A DNA stretch of 64,000 bases from Dehalococcoidia bacterium (GCA_963664365.1 OY761144.1:1513596-1577595), one strand, 5' to 3'; shown: positions 17,608-28,023, counted from the stretch's first letter. Numbers and translations: made by a program. Notes: generated from the letters alone by a model not told the origin.

Positions 17608-18363
17608 CTACCCGCCCTCATAATTCGCCAGCGCCTCGTCGGGGAAGTCGGCGTTGGAGTATATCTTCTGGACGTCGTCGAGCTCTTCTAGCTGGTCTAG
17701 CAGCCTGAGTATCTGCCCGGCGGCGCGGGTGTCGAGCGGCACGGTGTGGCTGGGTATCAGGGAGACCTCAGAGGAGCTTATGGAGGCGTCGTTCGACTCC
17801 AGCGCGCTGCGCACCTCTTCCAAGGTCTCGGGCGTCGAGAATAGCTGGAGCGTAGAATCGTAGGAGTCGAAGTCGTCGGCGCCGGCGTCGATAGCCACCA
17901 GCGCCAGGTCTTCAGCCTCGTCCTCCGACGCATCCACGGTGATGACGCCCTTCTTCTCGAACTGCCACGCCACCGCCCCGGACTCGGCGAGGTTGCCGCC
18001 CGCTCGGGTTAGCGTGGTGCGAACGTCGGAGACCGTGCGGTTGCGGTTGTCGGTGAGGGTTTCGAGCATTATGGCGACGCCGCCGGGTCCGTAGCCCTCG
18101 TAGATCGCCTCGATCATCTGGACGCCGTCGTCGGACTCGCCTGTGCCGCGCTTGATGGCGCGTTCGATGTTGTCGTTGGGCATGTTGGCGTCCTTGGCGC
18201 GCTGGACGGCCATCCTGAGCCTGAAGTTGGCGCCCGGGTCCCCGCCGCCCTGCCGCGCCGCCACGATGACCTCTCGCGCCAGCCTGGTGAACAGCTTGCC
18301 GCGCCGATGGTCGGTGACGGCCTTAGCGTGCTTGATCTGTGCCCACTTGGAATGTCCCGCCAT
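17608..18363 (-). CDS. yebC: YebC/PmpR-family DNA-binding transcriptional regulator
   Basis: 251 aa starting MAGHSKWAQIKHAKAVTDHRRGKLFTRL. Confidence 0.9.
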   Translation of the reverse strand: MAGHSKWAQIKHAKAVTDHRRGKLFTRLAREVIVAARQGGGDPGANFRLRMAVQRAKDANMPNDNIERAIKRGTGESDDGVQMIEAIYEGYGPGGVAIMLETLTDNRNRTVSDVRTTLTRAGGNLAESGAVAWQFEKKGVITVDASEDEAEDLALVAIDAGADDFDSYDSTLQLFSTPETLEEVRSALESNDASISSSEVSLIPSHTVPLDTRAAGQILRLLDQLEELDDVQKIYSNADFPDEALANYEGG

Positions 18364-18600
18364 GTCGAACCTCCGGGCGAGTCGCGCGCTGTGCTGGCGC
18401 AGATGGTAGTGGGGCAGATTCTAGCATGGGGTTAGAGGGCGGTCAAAAGCGCGGTTGGCTTTGTGCGTCAACAATGGTGGATAATGAACTTTCCGGCAAA
18501 AGGAAGGGAGACCCTAGATGACCACTCACAGGTTCGATGCCATATTGGAGCGCCCGGACATGAGAGGCGCAGGCTGAAGTCGTGAGCGGGGTCTCTTTCC

Positions 18601-19587
18601 ATGCCTCAGATCGTCGTTGAGAATCTGGTCAAACGCTTTAGGGTTGCGGAGCGCAGGCCCGGCATTTGGGGCGCGCTGCGCGGCGTGGCCCGCCGTCGCT
18701 ACCACACGGTCGATGCGCTGGACGGGGTCTCGTTCACGATAGAACCCGGCGAACTCGTGGGGTACATAGGCCCGAATGGAGCGGGTAAATCCACCACGGT
18801 CAAGATCATCTCCGGCATCCTAGTACCGGACTCGGGCAGGTGCGAGATACTGGGCCGCGTACCATGGAGAGAGCGGGAAGCGCACGTCGCCGACATCGGC
18901 GTGGTCTTTGGCCAGCGGACACAACTGTGGTGGGACCTGCCTGTCATCGAGTCGTTCGACCTCTTGCGGGACATCTACCGCGTTCCTCGAACGGAGTACG
19001 CATGCAACCGGGACGAACTAATCGACGCCCTAGACCTGCAATCGCTTCTGAACGTGCCCGTGCGCCAACTCAGCTTGGGTCAGCGCATGCGGTGCGATCT
19101 CGCGGCGGCGCTGCTGCACTCGCCCTCAATACTGTTCCTAGATGAGCCGACGATTGGGCTGGACGCGGTTTCCAAGTTGGCGTTCCGCGACTTCATCCGG
19201 CAGTTCAATGAGGAGCGAGGGGTCACGGTCATCCTGACGACGCACGATATGGACGACATCGAGGCGCTATGCGACAGGGTAATCGTAATAAGCAACGGCC
19301 GGATACTGTCGGACGGCACGCTGGAGGAACTCCGGGGCCGGATTGCGAGTGCGCGTAGGCTGATCGTAGATCTAGTGGACGCAAGCGCGGAGGTGGCGGA
19401 CCCGGATGCCGTAGTCACGTTCCGCGACGGCCCCCGTGTTCATCTGAGCTTCGACCCCGAGGAAGTATCGGCGGCAGATCTGATTGCGCGTGTGACCTCA
19501 GCCCACCCGGTGCGTGATCTATTCGTTGAGAATCCTCCGATCGAGGAGATAATCGCGCGGATCTACGAGATGGAGGAGCGGGAGTGA
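18601..19587 (+). CDS. ABC transporter ATP-binding protein
   Basis: GPNGAGKST, LSLGQRMRC, ILFLDEPTIGLD. Confidence 0.9.
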   Translation: MPQIVVENLVKRFRVAERRPGIWGALRGVARRRYHTVDALDGVSFTIEPGELVGYIGPNGAGKSTTVKIISGILVPDSGRCEILGRVPWREREAHVADIGVVFGQRTQLWWDLPVIESFDLLRDIYRVPRTEYACNRDELIDALDLQSLLNVPVRQLSLGQRMRCDLAAALLHSPSILFLDEPTIGLDAVSKLAFRDFIRQFNEERGVTVILTTHDMDDIEALCDRVIVISNGRILSDGTLEELRGRIASARRLIVDLVDASAEVADPDAVVTFRDGPRVHLSFDPEEVSAADLIARVTSAHPVRDLFVENPPIEEIIARIYEMEERE

Positions 19588-20375
19588 TCAGCTACTGGGC
19601 GGTTCTGAGCGCGCGGTTCAGGGCGCTGCTTCAGTATAGGGCAGCCGCGCTTGCGGGCCTCGGCACGCAGCTCTTCTGGGGCCTCATTCGGGTCATGATC
19701 TTCCAGGCGTTCTTTCGCTCAACGACCGCCGAGCAGCCGATGGCTCTCGACGACGTTCTCACCTACGTCTGGCTCGGGCAGGCGTTCCTCGCACTGCTGC
19801 CCTGGAATATCGACTCCGATTTGCGGACGCTGATCCGTACCGGTGGTGTGGGCTACGAGTTGCTGCGGCCCGTCGATCTGTATGGATTCTGGTATTTCCG
19901 CGCGCTGGCATGGCGCACCGCCCCGACGTTGATGCGTGGCGTGCCGCTGATCGCCTTCGCGGGCATATTCATGGGCATGGACGCTCCGGCGTCGTGGGCC
20001 GCGGCGGGAGCATTCGCGGTGGCGATGATCGGCGCCATCCTGCTCAGCAGCGCGATCACGACGCTGTTCAACATCACCATGATGTGGACTATATCTGGCG
20101 AAGGCGTATTCGCGCTTGTAGGCGGCGGTGTCAGTATCCTGTCTGGAATGATCATCCCGATTCCGCTGTTCCCGGAGTGGGCGCAGCCGGCGCTGAACAT
20201 CCTGCCATTCAGAGGCGTAGTCGATACGCCGTACCGCTTCTACCTCGGCCACGTCCCGGCCGCCGACCTTCCGCTGCACCTGGCGCACCAACTGGCGTGG
20301 GTCGTGGCGATCATACTGCTCGGACGCTGGCTGCTGTCGCGCGGGCTGCGGCGGCTGGTGGTCCAGGGGGGATGA
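19584..20375 (+). CDS. ABC-2 family transporter permease
   Basis: 263 aa multi-pass membrane protein with a 4-nt overlap with the ATPase gene. Confidence 0.75.
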   Translation: MISYWAVLSARFRALLQYRAAALAGLGTQLFWGLIRVMIFQAFFRSTTAEQPMALDDVLTYVWLGQAFLALLPWNIDSDLRTLIRTGGVGYELLRPVDLYGFWYFRALAWRTAPTLMRGVPLIAFAGIFMGMDAPASWAAAGAFAVAMIGAILLSSAITTLFNITMMWTISGEGVFALVGGGVSILSGMIIPIPLFPEWAQPALNILPFRGVVDTPYRFYLGHVPAADLPLHLAHQLAWVVAIILLGRWLLSRGLRRLVVQGG

Positions 20376-21184
20376 TAGCCATGCTCGACACGCTCTACTT
20401 GTACGGACGCTTTCTGTCGGTCTCGGTACGGAGCCAGATGCAGTACCGCGCGTCGTTCGCCATGCTCGCCGTGGGGCACACAATCACGACCGGGCTAGAG
20501 TTCGTGGCTATCCTCGTGCTGTTCGACAGGTTCGGAACTCTCGTCGGGTGGAGTCTGCGCGAGGTGGCGTTCATCTACGGAGTGGTCAACATCTCGTTCT
20601 CGTTTGCCGACGCCATGTCAAGGGGCTTCGACATGTTCGGCGCGATGGTCAAATCGGGCGACTTCGACCGTCTGCTCACGCGCCCACGATCAACTGCGCT
20701 CCAACTCGCCGGACAGGAGTTGACGCTGAGACGGGTCGGCAGGTTCGCGCAGGGTCTGGCGGCGCTGGTGTGGGCCTGTTTCGGGCTGGACATAGATTGG
20801 TCCGTGATCAAGGTCGGGCTGCTGCTCGGCGCGGTGGCGGGAGGGGCTTGCCTGTTCTCGGGCCTGATCGTGCTCCAGGCGACGCTGGCGTTCTGGACCA
20901 CCGAGACGCTGGAGATAATGAACACGGTGACCTACGGCGGCGTGGAGACGACCCAGTATCCAATGAACATCTATCGTCCGTGGTTCAGGGGGTTATTCAC
21001 CTTCGTCGTGCCGCTGGCGTGCGTGAGCTACTTCCCATCGCTTGCGATCATGGGTGTGGAGGATCCACTTGGGTCGCCCGTCTGGTTCCAGTACATAGCC
21101 CCGGCCATAGGCGTCGGCTTTCTGCTGGTCGCGCTACGGGTGTGGAACTTCGGAGTCCGCCACTATATGTCAACGGGGAGCTAG
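20372..21184 (+). CDS. ABC-2 family transporter permease (second subunit)
   Basis: Start at MIAMLDTLYLYGRF (ATGA overlap with the previous stop codon). The long track ORF from 19910 is an upstream extension inside the previous gene. Confidence 0.75.
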   Translation: MIAMLDTLYLYGRFLSVSVRSQMQYRASFAMLAVGHTITTGLEFVAILVLFDRFGTLVGWSLREVAFIYGVVNISFSFADAMSRGFDMFGAMVKSGDFDRLLTRPRSTALQLAGQELTLRRVGRFAQGLAALVWACFGLDIDWSVIKVGLLLGAVAGGACLFSGLIVLQATLAFWTTETLEIMNTVTYGGVETTQYPMNIYRPWFRGLFTFVVPLACVSYFPSLAIMGVEDPLGSPVWFQYIAPAIGVGFLLVALRVWNFGVRHYMSTGS

Positions 21185-21244
21185 GGGCGCTGTTTGGTTA
21201 TTCCACGTAATCGAAAACGGGTTACCGCCGGTTACACCATATGC

Positions 21245-21330
21245 TATAATGCAGATGTCCCGTTAGGGATACTTGAACTGCGCCCCCGTTGGGGGTAATT
21301 GACTCAGGGCCCCGTTGGGGCCCCTTTTTT
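21245..21330 (+). ncRNA. candidate small RNA or leader: extended -10 promoter followed by three CCC-GUU(A)-GGG hairpins, the last an intrinsic terminator
   Basis: TGcTATAAT at 21242-21250. Hairpins at 21257-21270, 21282-21296 and 21307-21323, followed by a T6 run. Confidence 0.35.
21307..21330 (+). terminator. rho-independent terminator (GGGCCCC-GTT-GGGGCCC + CTTTTTT)
   Basis: Perfect 7-bp GC stem followed by a T-run. Confidence 0.75.
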
Positions 21331-21352
21331 ATCAGCGAGGTGGTTGGTCGAG

Positions 21353-22030
21353 ATGTCTGGAGCGTATGCTGGATTTGTCGATGCAGCTTACTTGATCAGA
21401 GAAGGCGCAAGGTCTATCAGCAAGAGATCAAGGGACGTTCGCCCTGATGCTTCGGCTGTAAGCGGATGGTTCCAATGGCTACCCAGTTCACGCTGGGTTC
21501 TCCGGGATTTTCTTCGTATTTACTGGTACGACGGAGCATTCGACCCTTCGCACTCCATGTACGCGCGGCAAAGACTCTACTTCGACGCAATCGCCCATAT
21601 ACCAAGAATACAGCTTAGGCTCGGCCATGTGGTAGAGCACCGATCCAAACTGGAGGGACCAATTCGCAACGCCTTGAGAAGTACCGCGAACGGCCTTGGA
21701 ATCACGCCTGATGAATTGATCTCAGAGTTCGACAAGAACTGGAAGTTTTACCCCGACCGACAACAAAAGGGAGTCGACACTCTGATCACTCTCGATATGG
21801 TGCGTCTCGCAAGTCGCTCGGCGTTTGAGGTTGCAATTGTAATATCCGGCGACCGGGACCTTGCGGAGGTGATCCGAACTGTGCAGGACTACGGTATTCG
21901 AGTGTTGATTGCCACTCCGAACCGCGCGAGTGTTGCCAGTGAAGTCCTTCAGCTTGCTGACGATGTTATCGACATCACTGAAGACGACATCCGGAAGATG
22001 TTGCCCGACCGTCCAGAGCGGATCACATAA
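21353..22030 (+). CDS. NYN-domain (LabA/DUF88-like) protein
   Basis: KGVDTLITLDMVRLA...AIVISGDRDLAEVIRTVQDYGIRVLIAT. Start moved to the ATG at 21353 because the track start lies inside the upstream terminator. Confidence 0.7.
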   Translation: MSGAYAGFVDAAYLIREGARSISKRSRDVRPDASAVSGWFQWLPSSRWVLRDFLRIYWYDGAFDPSHSMYARQRLYFDAIAHIPRIQLRLGHVVEHRSKLEGPIRNALRSTANGLGITPDELISEFDKNWKFYPDRQQKGVDTLITLDMVRLASRSAFEVAIVISGDRDLAEVIRTVQDYGIRVLIATPNRASVASEVLQLADDVIDITEDDIRKMLPDRPERIT

Positions 22031-22063
22031 TCAGGGCCCTAGACCAAGTTCAGAACAAGCCCC

Positions 22064-23527
22064 CTACCCCCGCTTGTGGAAGAAGACTACGTCGTCGGCG
22101 AAGGGCTTGTCGTAGTCTTCCGACCCGGCGAGTCCTATCTGTCCCTTGCCGGTGACTTTGTTCTTCGTGCCGTCCATTCGGGGATCGACGTACCTGTCGT
22201 ACCATGTTTCCAGGTCGGCCCTTAGCGACGCGATGCGCTCCTCGTGATTGGGGTCGTCCACAAGGTTTCGGGTCTCGAATGGGTCGTTGGCTAGGTCGTA
22301 CAGTTCGTTGGGGCCGTTGGGGTAGCGGTGGACGTACTTCCAATTGTGGGTGCGGATCATGCGAGTGGGCCCGTATTCGTCGAGGACGAATACGGGCGTG
22401 TCGTCCGACATGGACTCGCCTCGCAGGACGGGGGAGAAGTCTCTGCCTGGGAGCGGTTGGTCGGAATTCGCCTCCAGGCCGACGTATCCGAGCAAGGTCG
22501 GCATGAAGTCGTACTGGCTGAGCAGCTTTTCGCAGACCAAGTCCTGGGGAACGTGGCCCGGCCTCGAGACCAGCATCGGAACCTTGACAGAGGTGTCGAA
22601 CATGTTGGGAGGGTAGGTGCCGTTGCCCTTGCCCCAGATTCCATGATGACCCATGTTCATGCCGTTGTCGGAGTTGAACACCACCAGCGTGTTCTCCCTG
22701 AGTCCGTTCTGCTCCAGCCAGTCCAGCATCCTGCCGATGTTGCGGTCCATCTCCTCGACGGCGGTGAAGTAGCCGCTCAGCGCCTCTCGGCGGTTCTCGG
22801 GGGTGTCGCCGAGCGATCCGGCGGACCCCTCCTTGGCCAACTGGTTGATGTGAATTTTCTCTTCAGATAGGGAGTGGAAAGCTGTGTTCGCGTAGTGGGC
22901 ATCGAATAAGTCTGCCGGGTGGTTTTCCCTGCTCCAGGGGGCGTGCGGCGCGGTGTAGTGGACATTTAGGGAGAACGGCGCGTCGGACTCAAGCTGCGTG
23001 TCCAGGAACTCAAGCGCGTGGTCCGTGATGATGTCGGTCACGTATCCGGCCGGCTCATAAGGCTGACCGTTCTCGAACATTAACGCTCGGTAGTAGAGTC
23101 CGCCGCCCCTGGCATGGACGTTCCAGTAGTCGAATCCGAGCTGGGGGAGGCCGGAGCTGCCCAGGTGCCACTTGCCGCTAAGTCCGCAGTCGTAGCCGTT
23201 CTCGGCGAGCGCGTGGACATAAGACCTGCGTCCGGCGAGATACTCGATCTCGAGGTCGTCCTCGGGCAGGAGCTTAGAATTGCCGGCTCGCAGAAAGTCT
23301 TGGACGCCGTGCTGGGACGGGATCTGGCCCGTGAGGATCGAGGCCCTGGCCGGAGAGCAAACGGGCGAGGCGCAGAAGAAGTTTTCAAAGCGGATGCCCG
23401 TTGCGGCGAGACGGTCGAGATTGGGTGTAGTTAGCTCGTCGTTGCCGGCGCAGCCCATGGCCCAGGCGCCCTGGTCGTCGCTGAGAATGAAGAGTATGTT
23501 GGGTGTTCGGGTGTCTCTGCTTGCCAT
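22064..23527 (-). CDS. sulfatase (Cys-type, formylglycine-dependent)
   Basis: 487 aa. NILFILSDDQG and the CSPARASILTG (CxPxR) motif. Confidence 0.9.
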   Translation of the reverse strand: MASRDTRTPNILFILSDDQGAWAMGCAGNDELTTPNLDRLAATGIRFENFFCASPVCSPARASILTGQIPSQHGVQDFLRAGNSKLLPEDDLEIEYLAGRRSYVHALAENGYDCGLSGKWHLGSSGLPQLGFDYWNVHARGGGLYYRALMFENGQPYEPAGYVTDIITDHALEFLDTQLESDAPFSLNVHYTAPHAPWSRENHPADLFDAHYANTAFHSLSEEKIHINQLAKEGSAGSLGDTPENRREALSGYFTAVEEMDRNIGRMLDWLEQNGLRENTLVVFNSDNGMNMGHHGIWGKGNGTYPPNMFDTSVKVPMLVSRPGHVPQDLVCEKLLSQYDFMPTLLGYVGLEANSDQPLPGRDFSPVLRGESMSDDTPVFVLDEYGPTRMIRTHNWKYVHRYPNGPNELYDLANDPFETRNLVDDPNHEERIASLRADLETWYDRYVDPRMDGTKNKVTGKGQIGLAGSEDYDKPFADDVVFFHKRG

Positions 23528-23549
23528 GATGCCTCCGTGTCAGTCGTCT

Positions 23550-23762
23550 CTACGCTTGGTTGAAATCCCGCCAGTCCAGTCCGAGATTTCGGATTGCGGA
23601 ACTAAGGGTGCCGATCTTCAGGTCTCTTCTTCCCCAATCTGGAAGCGGTGAACTCTGACTTGTATGCGGGTTGACCCACATCCTATGTGACCCTCGTCTT
23701 CGTTTTGTATCTTCGTAGCAGCCGAAACGGACCAGCCTTCGGGCGACCTCACGGTATCTCAA
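23550..23762 (-). CDS. hicA: HicA-family mRNA interferase toxin
   Basis: 70 aa. ...RRGSHRMWVNP... and a 4-nt overlap with the upstream HicB-like gene. Confidence 0.8.
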   Translation of the reverse strand: MRYREVARRLVRFGCYEDTKRRRGSHRMWVNPHTSQSSPLPDWGRRDLKIGTLSSAIRNLGLDWRDFNQA

Positions 23763-24016
23763 GAAACTGTAACTGCCGGTTCAAGGGATACGGCGGGCTC
23801 TTCGGCGAACAGACCGCGCGGCAGCGGACGCTCATCTTCCACGTAGTCCTCAATGAGCATTTCGAAGACCTCCTGGATGTTTCTCAGGACTTCCTCGATT
23901 GTATTCCCTTCAGTTACCATTTCAGGGAATAGCGGGGAGGTGACGGTGAATCCGCCCTCCGGCTGCTCGTCGATGAATACGGGCACTTTTGCCGTTAGAG
24001 GTATTCTAGCGATCAT
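23759..24016 (-). CDS. hicB: HicB-family antitoxin (N-terminal HicB fold only)
   Basis: 85 aa. GGFTVTSPLFPEMVTEGNTIEEVLRNIQEVFEMLIED. Confidence 0.75.
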   Translation of the reverse strand: MIARIPLTAKVPVFIDEQPEGGFTVTSPLFPEMVTEGNTIEEVLRNIQEVFEMLIEDYVEDERPLPRGLFAEEPAVSLEPAVTVS

Positions 24017-24052
24017 TTGTCAACTCCCTGTGGTTGGCTCTCCCGTTGAGCC

Positions 24053-25150
24053 TTAGTCCTTGGTCAACCAGTATACTACGGGCCTGACGTGGCCGCTACG
24101 GAATGGGACTTGGACCGTGATTCGACGCTTGAGATTCAGTCTTGGACAGGCGGACTCATAGGCTGACTCGAATGCGCGGCGACGGGTGGTTACCATTACC
24201 AGACTCCCGCCCGGACGGACTACCCTCGCCGCTTCCCCAAGAGTGCGGATGTATAGGTCCTGAAGGTCTTCTGAGCCGCCGACCAACATGCCATAGGGAA
24301 GGTCGGCGGCGATGACATCCATCGAGCCGTCCGGCAATGGCGCTCTTCGGGCATCTGCGGCCAGCAGGGTAGAGTAGGGCAGCGTTCCCGCCTGCCGCAG
24401 GTTCGCCTCGGCGCAGCGAAGGGCCTCGGCGCTTGAGTCGAGACCGACGATGTGCATCGCGGCGCCGGAATGCAGGCGCTCCACCATCAAGGTGCCCGAG
24501 CCGCAGCAGAGGTTGAGAAATCGATCACCGGCAGTTGTGCCTGGCATGTTGACCATCACGCTGGCTATGGTGGCGTTCAGGGCGCCGGGGTAGTTGCAGA
24601 CCCTCCAGTCTCGCGCTGAGAGTGGCCTGGGTGTGGTGCGGACGAGGACGCGCCACGGATGCTCTTCCTCGTTGGACCTTCTGACGGCTATCTGAAGATC
24701 GGCGGGGCCGTCTGTTTCCTCCAAGCCGGTCTCTTTGGAAATATGGTTCTTGATTCGGGTCATGACAGCTGAACCGCTTCCTGCTGCGCTGAGACGGAAG
24801 CTCTCGAAAGGGTTCTCTCGATTCGACGCGAGTACAAGCCGCACTGCCGACAGCAGCCGCGTCATGTTCTGGTGACCCAAGAGGGCGCGGGGGCGGGCGA
24901 CCTGGAATCTTTCGACAAGGTGGACAGCCACGACTGTCTTGAGTCCTTGCAGTTTGCGCGGGCCGACGGTCGTCTTCATAGAGACGCGGCCTGGAGAGAT
25001 TATGCGGCAGTCCGCGGCTGAATTGTCGAGAACCCCGCGAGCTTCGGCGAGGGCGAATTCTTCCAGCCCTTCGAGGACCTCGAACTCGTACTCCTTCTCA
25101 CTAAGGCCGGCTCGGGGGCGAGGTCGGGAGGGCTTTGGACGCGACTTCAT
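24053..25150 (-). CDS. THUMP-domain class I SAM-dependent RNA methyltransferase
   Basis: 365 aa. N-terminal THUMP-like region, LNLCCGSGTL SAM motif, and DLPYG catalytic motif. Confidence 0.75.
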   Translation of the reverse strand: MKSRPKPSRPRPRAGLSEKEYEFEVLEGLEEFALAEARGVLDNSAADCRIISPGRVSMKTTVGPRKLQGLKTVVAVHLVERFQVARPRALLGHQNMTRLLSAVRLVLASNRENPFESFRLSAAGSGSAVMTRIKNHISKETGLEETDGPADLQIAVRRSNEEEHPWRVLVRTTPRPLSARDWRVCNYPGALNATIASVMVNMPGTTAGDRFLNLCCGSGTLMVERLHSGAAMHIVGLDSSAEALRCAEANLRQAGTLPYSTLLAADARRAPLPDGSMDVIAADLPYGMLVGGSEDLQDLYIRTLGEAARVVRPGGSLVMVTTRRRAFESAYESACPRLNLKRRITVQVPFRSGHVRPVVYWLTKD

Positions 25151-25162
25151 GGGCCGGCAGGC

Positions 25163-26368
25163 TCACATCTCCACCCCGAGCGCGCCGGCGACGGTGTCCA
25201 TGTCCTTGTCGCCTCGGCCGCTGAGCCCCAGCAGGATGATCTGCTCTCTGTCCAAGCTGGGCGCTAACTGTGACACATGGTACACAGCATGGGACGGTTC
25301 CAGCGCCGGAATGATGCCCTCCGAGCGACAAAGAAGCTGGAAGCCTTCCAAGGCCTGGTCGTCGGTTACGCTGACGTACTCCGCCCTCCCGGAGTCCTTG
25401 AGCCAGCTATGCTCAGGGCCGACGCCGGGGTAGTCGAGTCCCGCCGATATGCTGTGGGCTTCGTGTACCTGCCCGTCGTCATCCTGAAGTAGGTAAGACA
25501 TGCTTCCGTGCAGAACACCGATCTCTCCGGCTGCGAGAGTCGAAGAGTGCTCTCCCGTCTCGATGCCGTGGCCTCCGGCCTCGACTCCGATCAGCTTTAC
25601 GTCCTCATCTCGGACGAATTCGTAGAATAGTCCCATCGCGTTCGAGCCGCCGCCGACGCAGGCGACAGCGTAGTCCGGGAGCCTGCCGACCGTGGATAGT
25701 AGCTGCTCGCGCGCCTCGCGCCCGATCACCGCTTGGAAGTCGCGTACCATCATCGGGTACGGGTGCGGACCGACGACGCTGCCGATCAGGTAGTGGGTGG
25801 TCTCGACGTTTGTCACCCAGTCGCGGATCGCCTCGTTGATGGCGTCCTTGAGCGTCCGGCTGCCGCTGGTTACGGGTCTGACCTCGGCCCCGAGCAGCCT
25901 CATTCTGAAGACGTTGAGCGCCTGGCGCCTGATGTCTTCCTCGCCCATGTACACGATGCACTCTTGACCCAGCATTGAGCATACGGTGGCGGTCGCGACG
26001 CCATGCTGTCCCGCTCCGGTTTCGGCGATGATCCTGTGCTTGCCCATGCGCTGCGCAAGCAGCCCCTGGCCGAGCGCGTTGTTGATTTTGTGAGCGCCGG
26101 TGTGGGCGAGGTCCTCGCGCTTGACGTAGATTCGCGCGCCGCCCAGCTCGCGGGTCAGGTTCTCGGCGTAGTAGAGCGTCGTGGGTCTGCCGACGTAGTC
26201 GCGGGACAGCAACTGAAGCTGAGACTGGAACTCCTCGTCGGCCTTGGCCGCCTCGTATTCGACCTGAAGTTCATGGACCGCGCCCATCAGCGTTTCGGGG
26301 ATGAACATCCCGCCGAACTGACCGAAGCGGCCTCTTTCGTCTGGCAGTGCTTGTGTGTGGCGCATCAT
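25163..26368 (-). CDS. trpB: tryptophan synthase beta chain
   Basis: 401 aa. [31 protein letters not shown]. No trpA is adjacent. Confidence 0.95.
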   Translation of the reverse strand: MMRHTQALPDERGRFGQFGGMFIPETLMGAVHELQVEYEAAKADEEFQSQLQLLSRDYVGRPTTLYYAENLTRELGGARIYVKREDLAHTGAHKINNALGQGLLAQRMGKHRIIAETGAGQHGVATATVCSMLGQECIVYMGEEDIRRQALNVFRMRLLGAEVRPVTSGSRTLKDAINEAIRDWVTNVETTHYLIGSVVGPHPYPMMVRDFQAVIGREAREQLLSTVGRLPDYAVACVGGGSNAMGLFYEFVRDEDVKLIGVEAGGHGIETGEHSSTLAAGEIGVLHGSMSYLLQDDDGQVHEAHSISAGLDYPGVGPEHSWLKDSGRAEYVSVTDDQALEGFQLLCRSEGIIPALEPSHAVYHVSQLAPSLDREQIILLGLSGRGDKDMDTVAGALGVEM

Positions 26369-26437
26369 CTATTCCTGAGTTTGGGTATTATCATTGAGTG
26401 TACTACAAGACGGGAGACGGCGAGAGCGTCCGGCCGG

Positions 26438-26466
26438 TTGACCCTGCGCCGATCCGAACTTAGAAT
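26438..26466 (+). promoter_or_regulatory. sigma70-like promoter TTGACC-17 nt-TAGAAT
   Basis: Hexamers at 26438-26443 and 26461-26466, 32 nt upstream of the 26499 start codon. Confidence 0.5.
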
Positions 26467-26498
26467 GTGAACAGATTCGCCCGAAGAGGGAAGCAAGT

Positions 26499-26735
26499 AT
26501 GCCCATTTACGAATACGTCTGCGATACGTGCAGTCACAGGTTCGAGAGGCTGAGGCCGATCAGCCGCATGGATGACGAGGCGTCCTGCCCGATCTGCGAA
26601 GGAGACTCCAAGCGCGCCCTGTCCGTGTTCGCGGCGTTCACGTCAGATGACGCAGGGGCAATGAGTTCAGTCGCAGGCGCCGGCGGATGCGGCGGATGCG
26701 GACCCGGCGGATGCGCCTGCGCCATGGGGGCCTGA
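26499..26735 (+). CDS. FmdB-family zinc-ribbon protein
   Basis: MPIYEYVCDTCSHRFE...CPICEG followed by a Gly/Cys-rich tail. Confidence 0.85.
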   Translation: MPIYEYVCDTCSHRFERLRPISRMDDEASCPICEGDSKRALSVFAAFTSDDAGAMSSVAGAGGCGGCGPGGCACAMGA

Positions 26736-26738
26736 GCG

Positions 26739-27197
26739 ATGACCACTGTTCAGATTCTGCTGACCGTGCATATTCTGGCCTCGCTCGTCGCGGTGGGAGC
26801 GACGGTGTCTTACTTCTTCTGGCTCCGGCGCGCCGTTCTGGTTCCCGAGTCACGGTCGTTCACGCTCGAAACCATCAGGCTGTTGGAACAGCGACTGGTG
26901 ACGCCCGCATACATCATCGTCCTGCTAACTGGACTCGGCCTAATCGACCGCGCTTCTTGGGGATGGTCCACGCCCTGGCTGGAGATGTCGATCCTACTGT
27001 TCGTCGTACTCATGGGCCTCGTGGGTGTTCACGCGCGGGTCATAAAGCGGCAGATCGCGCTGTCGGAGGAAGGCGCGGGAGATTCCGCAGACTATGACCG
27101 ATCTCACGCGCGGGGGCGTATGCTGATGGCGGCCAAAGTCGTAGTGGTGATCGCGCTCGTCTATCTGATGGTGTTCAAGCCGCCACTCTGGGGATGA
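26739..27197 (+). CDS. integral membrane protein (DUF2269-like)
   Basis: 152 aa with four hydrophobic helices. The family call is from memory only. Confidence 0.5.
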   Translation: MTTVQILLTVHILASLVAVGATVSYFFWLRRAVLVPESRSFTLETIRLLEQRLVTPAYIIVLLTGLGLIDRASWGWSTPWLEMSILLFVVLMGLVGVHARVIKRQIALSEEGAGDSADYDRSHARGRMLMAAKVVVVIALVYLMVFKPPLWG

Positions 27198-27201
27198 AAC
27201 T

Positions 27202-28023
27202 TCATCCACGCACTGCCACAATGTCGAGCCAGTTGCGGGGGACGTGCGTTATCTTCATCTCCTCGAAGGTCTGGTGGACGCCCTTCTGAAGTGACGCGCT
27301 CGCCTCTTTGAGAGGTACGCCCGGCATCGTGCCGGTGATGAAGTCCTCGAATGTGCTGATGTCCAGCCAACCCTCGATGGGCACCTGGACCGTGTCCTCC
27401 ACCTGACGCACGATTCGGAAGTCGTGGCGTTCCAGCAACTCCCGGTACTCGTCCGCCGTCAGGTGTTTGCGGGATTCGACCTTCTCGGCCCTCTGAGGCG
27501 AGAGGCCGTAATCTCTGCGGAGCGTTCGCGCCGACTTGAACATCCACTTCCGGTAGAACTGGAGGGATTCGGGCACCTGGCCGCCCTCGTAGAACGACGT
27601 GTTGAACGCGAACTTGCCGCCCGGATTCAGCGCGCGAGAGATCTCGATGACCAATCCGTCCTTGTCTGGGATGTAGTGGATAGCGTTGCAGAAGATGATC
27701 GTGTCGGCCCGCTCTTTGAGCGATTCGGACACCTGCTCGACCTGGCTCTGCACAAACTGGACGGCGTTGTCCCTATGCGCCTTGAGGTCGTCCATCGCCT
27801 GCTTCAGCGCGCCCGCGGAGTGGTCCATCGCGATGATGACCGAGTCCCTAGCGCCGCGAAGTTGCTCCAGGATGAGTTTGGTGACTCCTCCGGTGCCGCA
27901 AGCGAGATCGACGATCCGCTGCCCGGATGTCGGCTCGGCCATCGCCACCAGCCTGGCATTGAGGTTTTCGTAGAACGGATTCTGGGAAAATGTGGCAAAC
28001 GAGAATTGGTCGGCTGTCGTCAT
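27202..28023 (-). CDS. class I SAM-dependent methyltransferase
   Basis: IVDLACGTGGVT motif; 273 aa. Confidence 0.8.
   Translation of the reverse strand: MTTADQFSFATFSQNPFYENLNARLVAMAEPTSGQRIVDLACGTGGVTKLILEQLRGARDSVIIAMDHSAGALKQAMDDLKAHRDNAVQFVQSQVEQVSESLKERADTIIFCNAIHYIPDKDGLVIEISRALNPGGKFAFNTSFYEGGQVPESLQFYRKWMFKSARTLRRDYGLSPQRAEKVESRKHLTADEYRELLERHDFRIVRQVEDTVQVPIEGWLDISTFEDFITGTMPGVPLKEASASLQKGVHQTFEEMKITHVPRNWLDIVAVRG

Noticed and set aside
26369-26498. A Trp-codon leader peptide or attenuator upstream of trpB, by analogy with the DAHP synthase leader.
   Set aside because: No mini-ORF with Trp codons and no terminator hairpin are visible on the minus strand.
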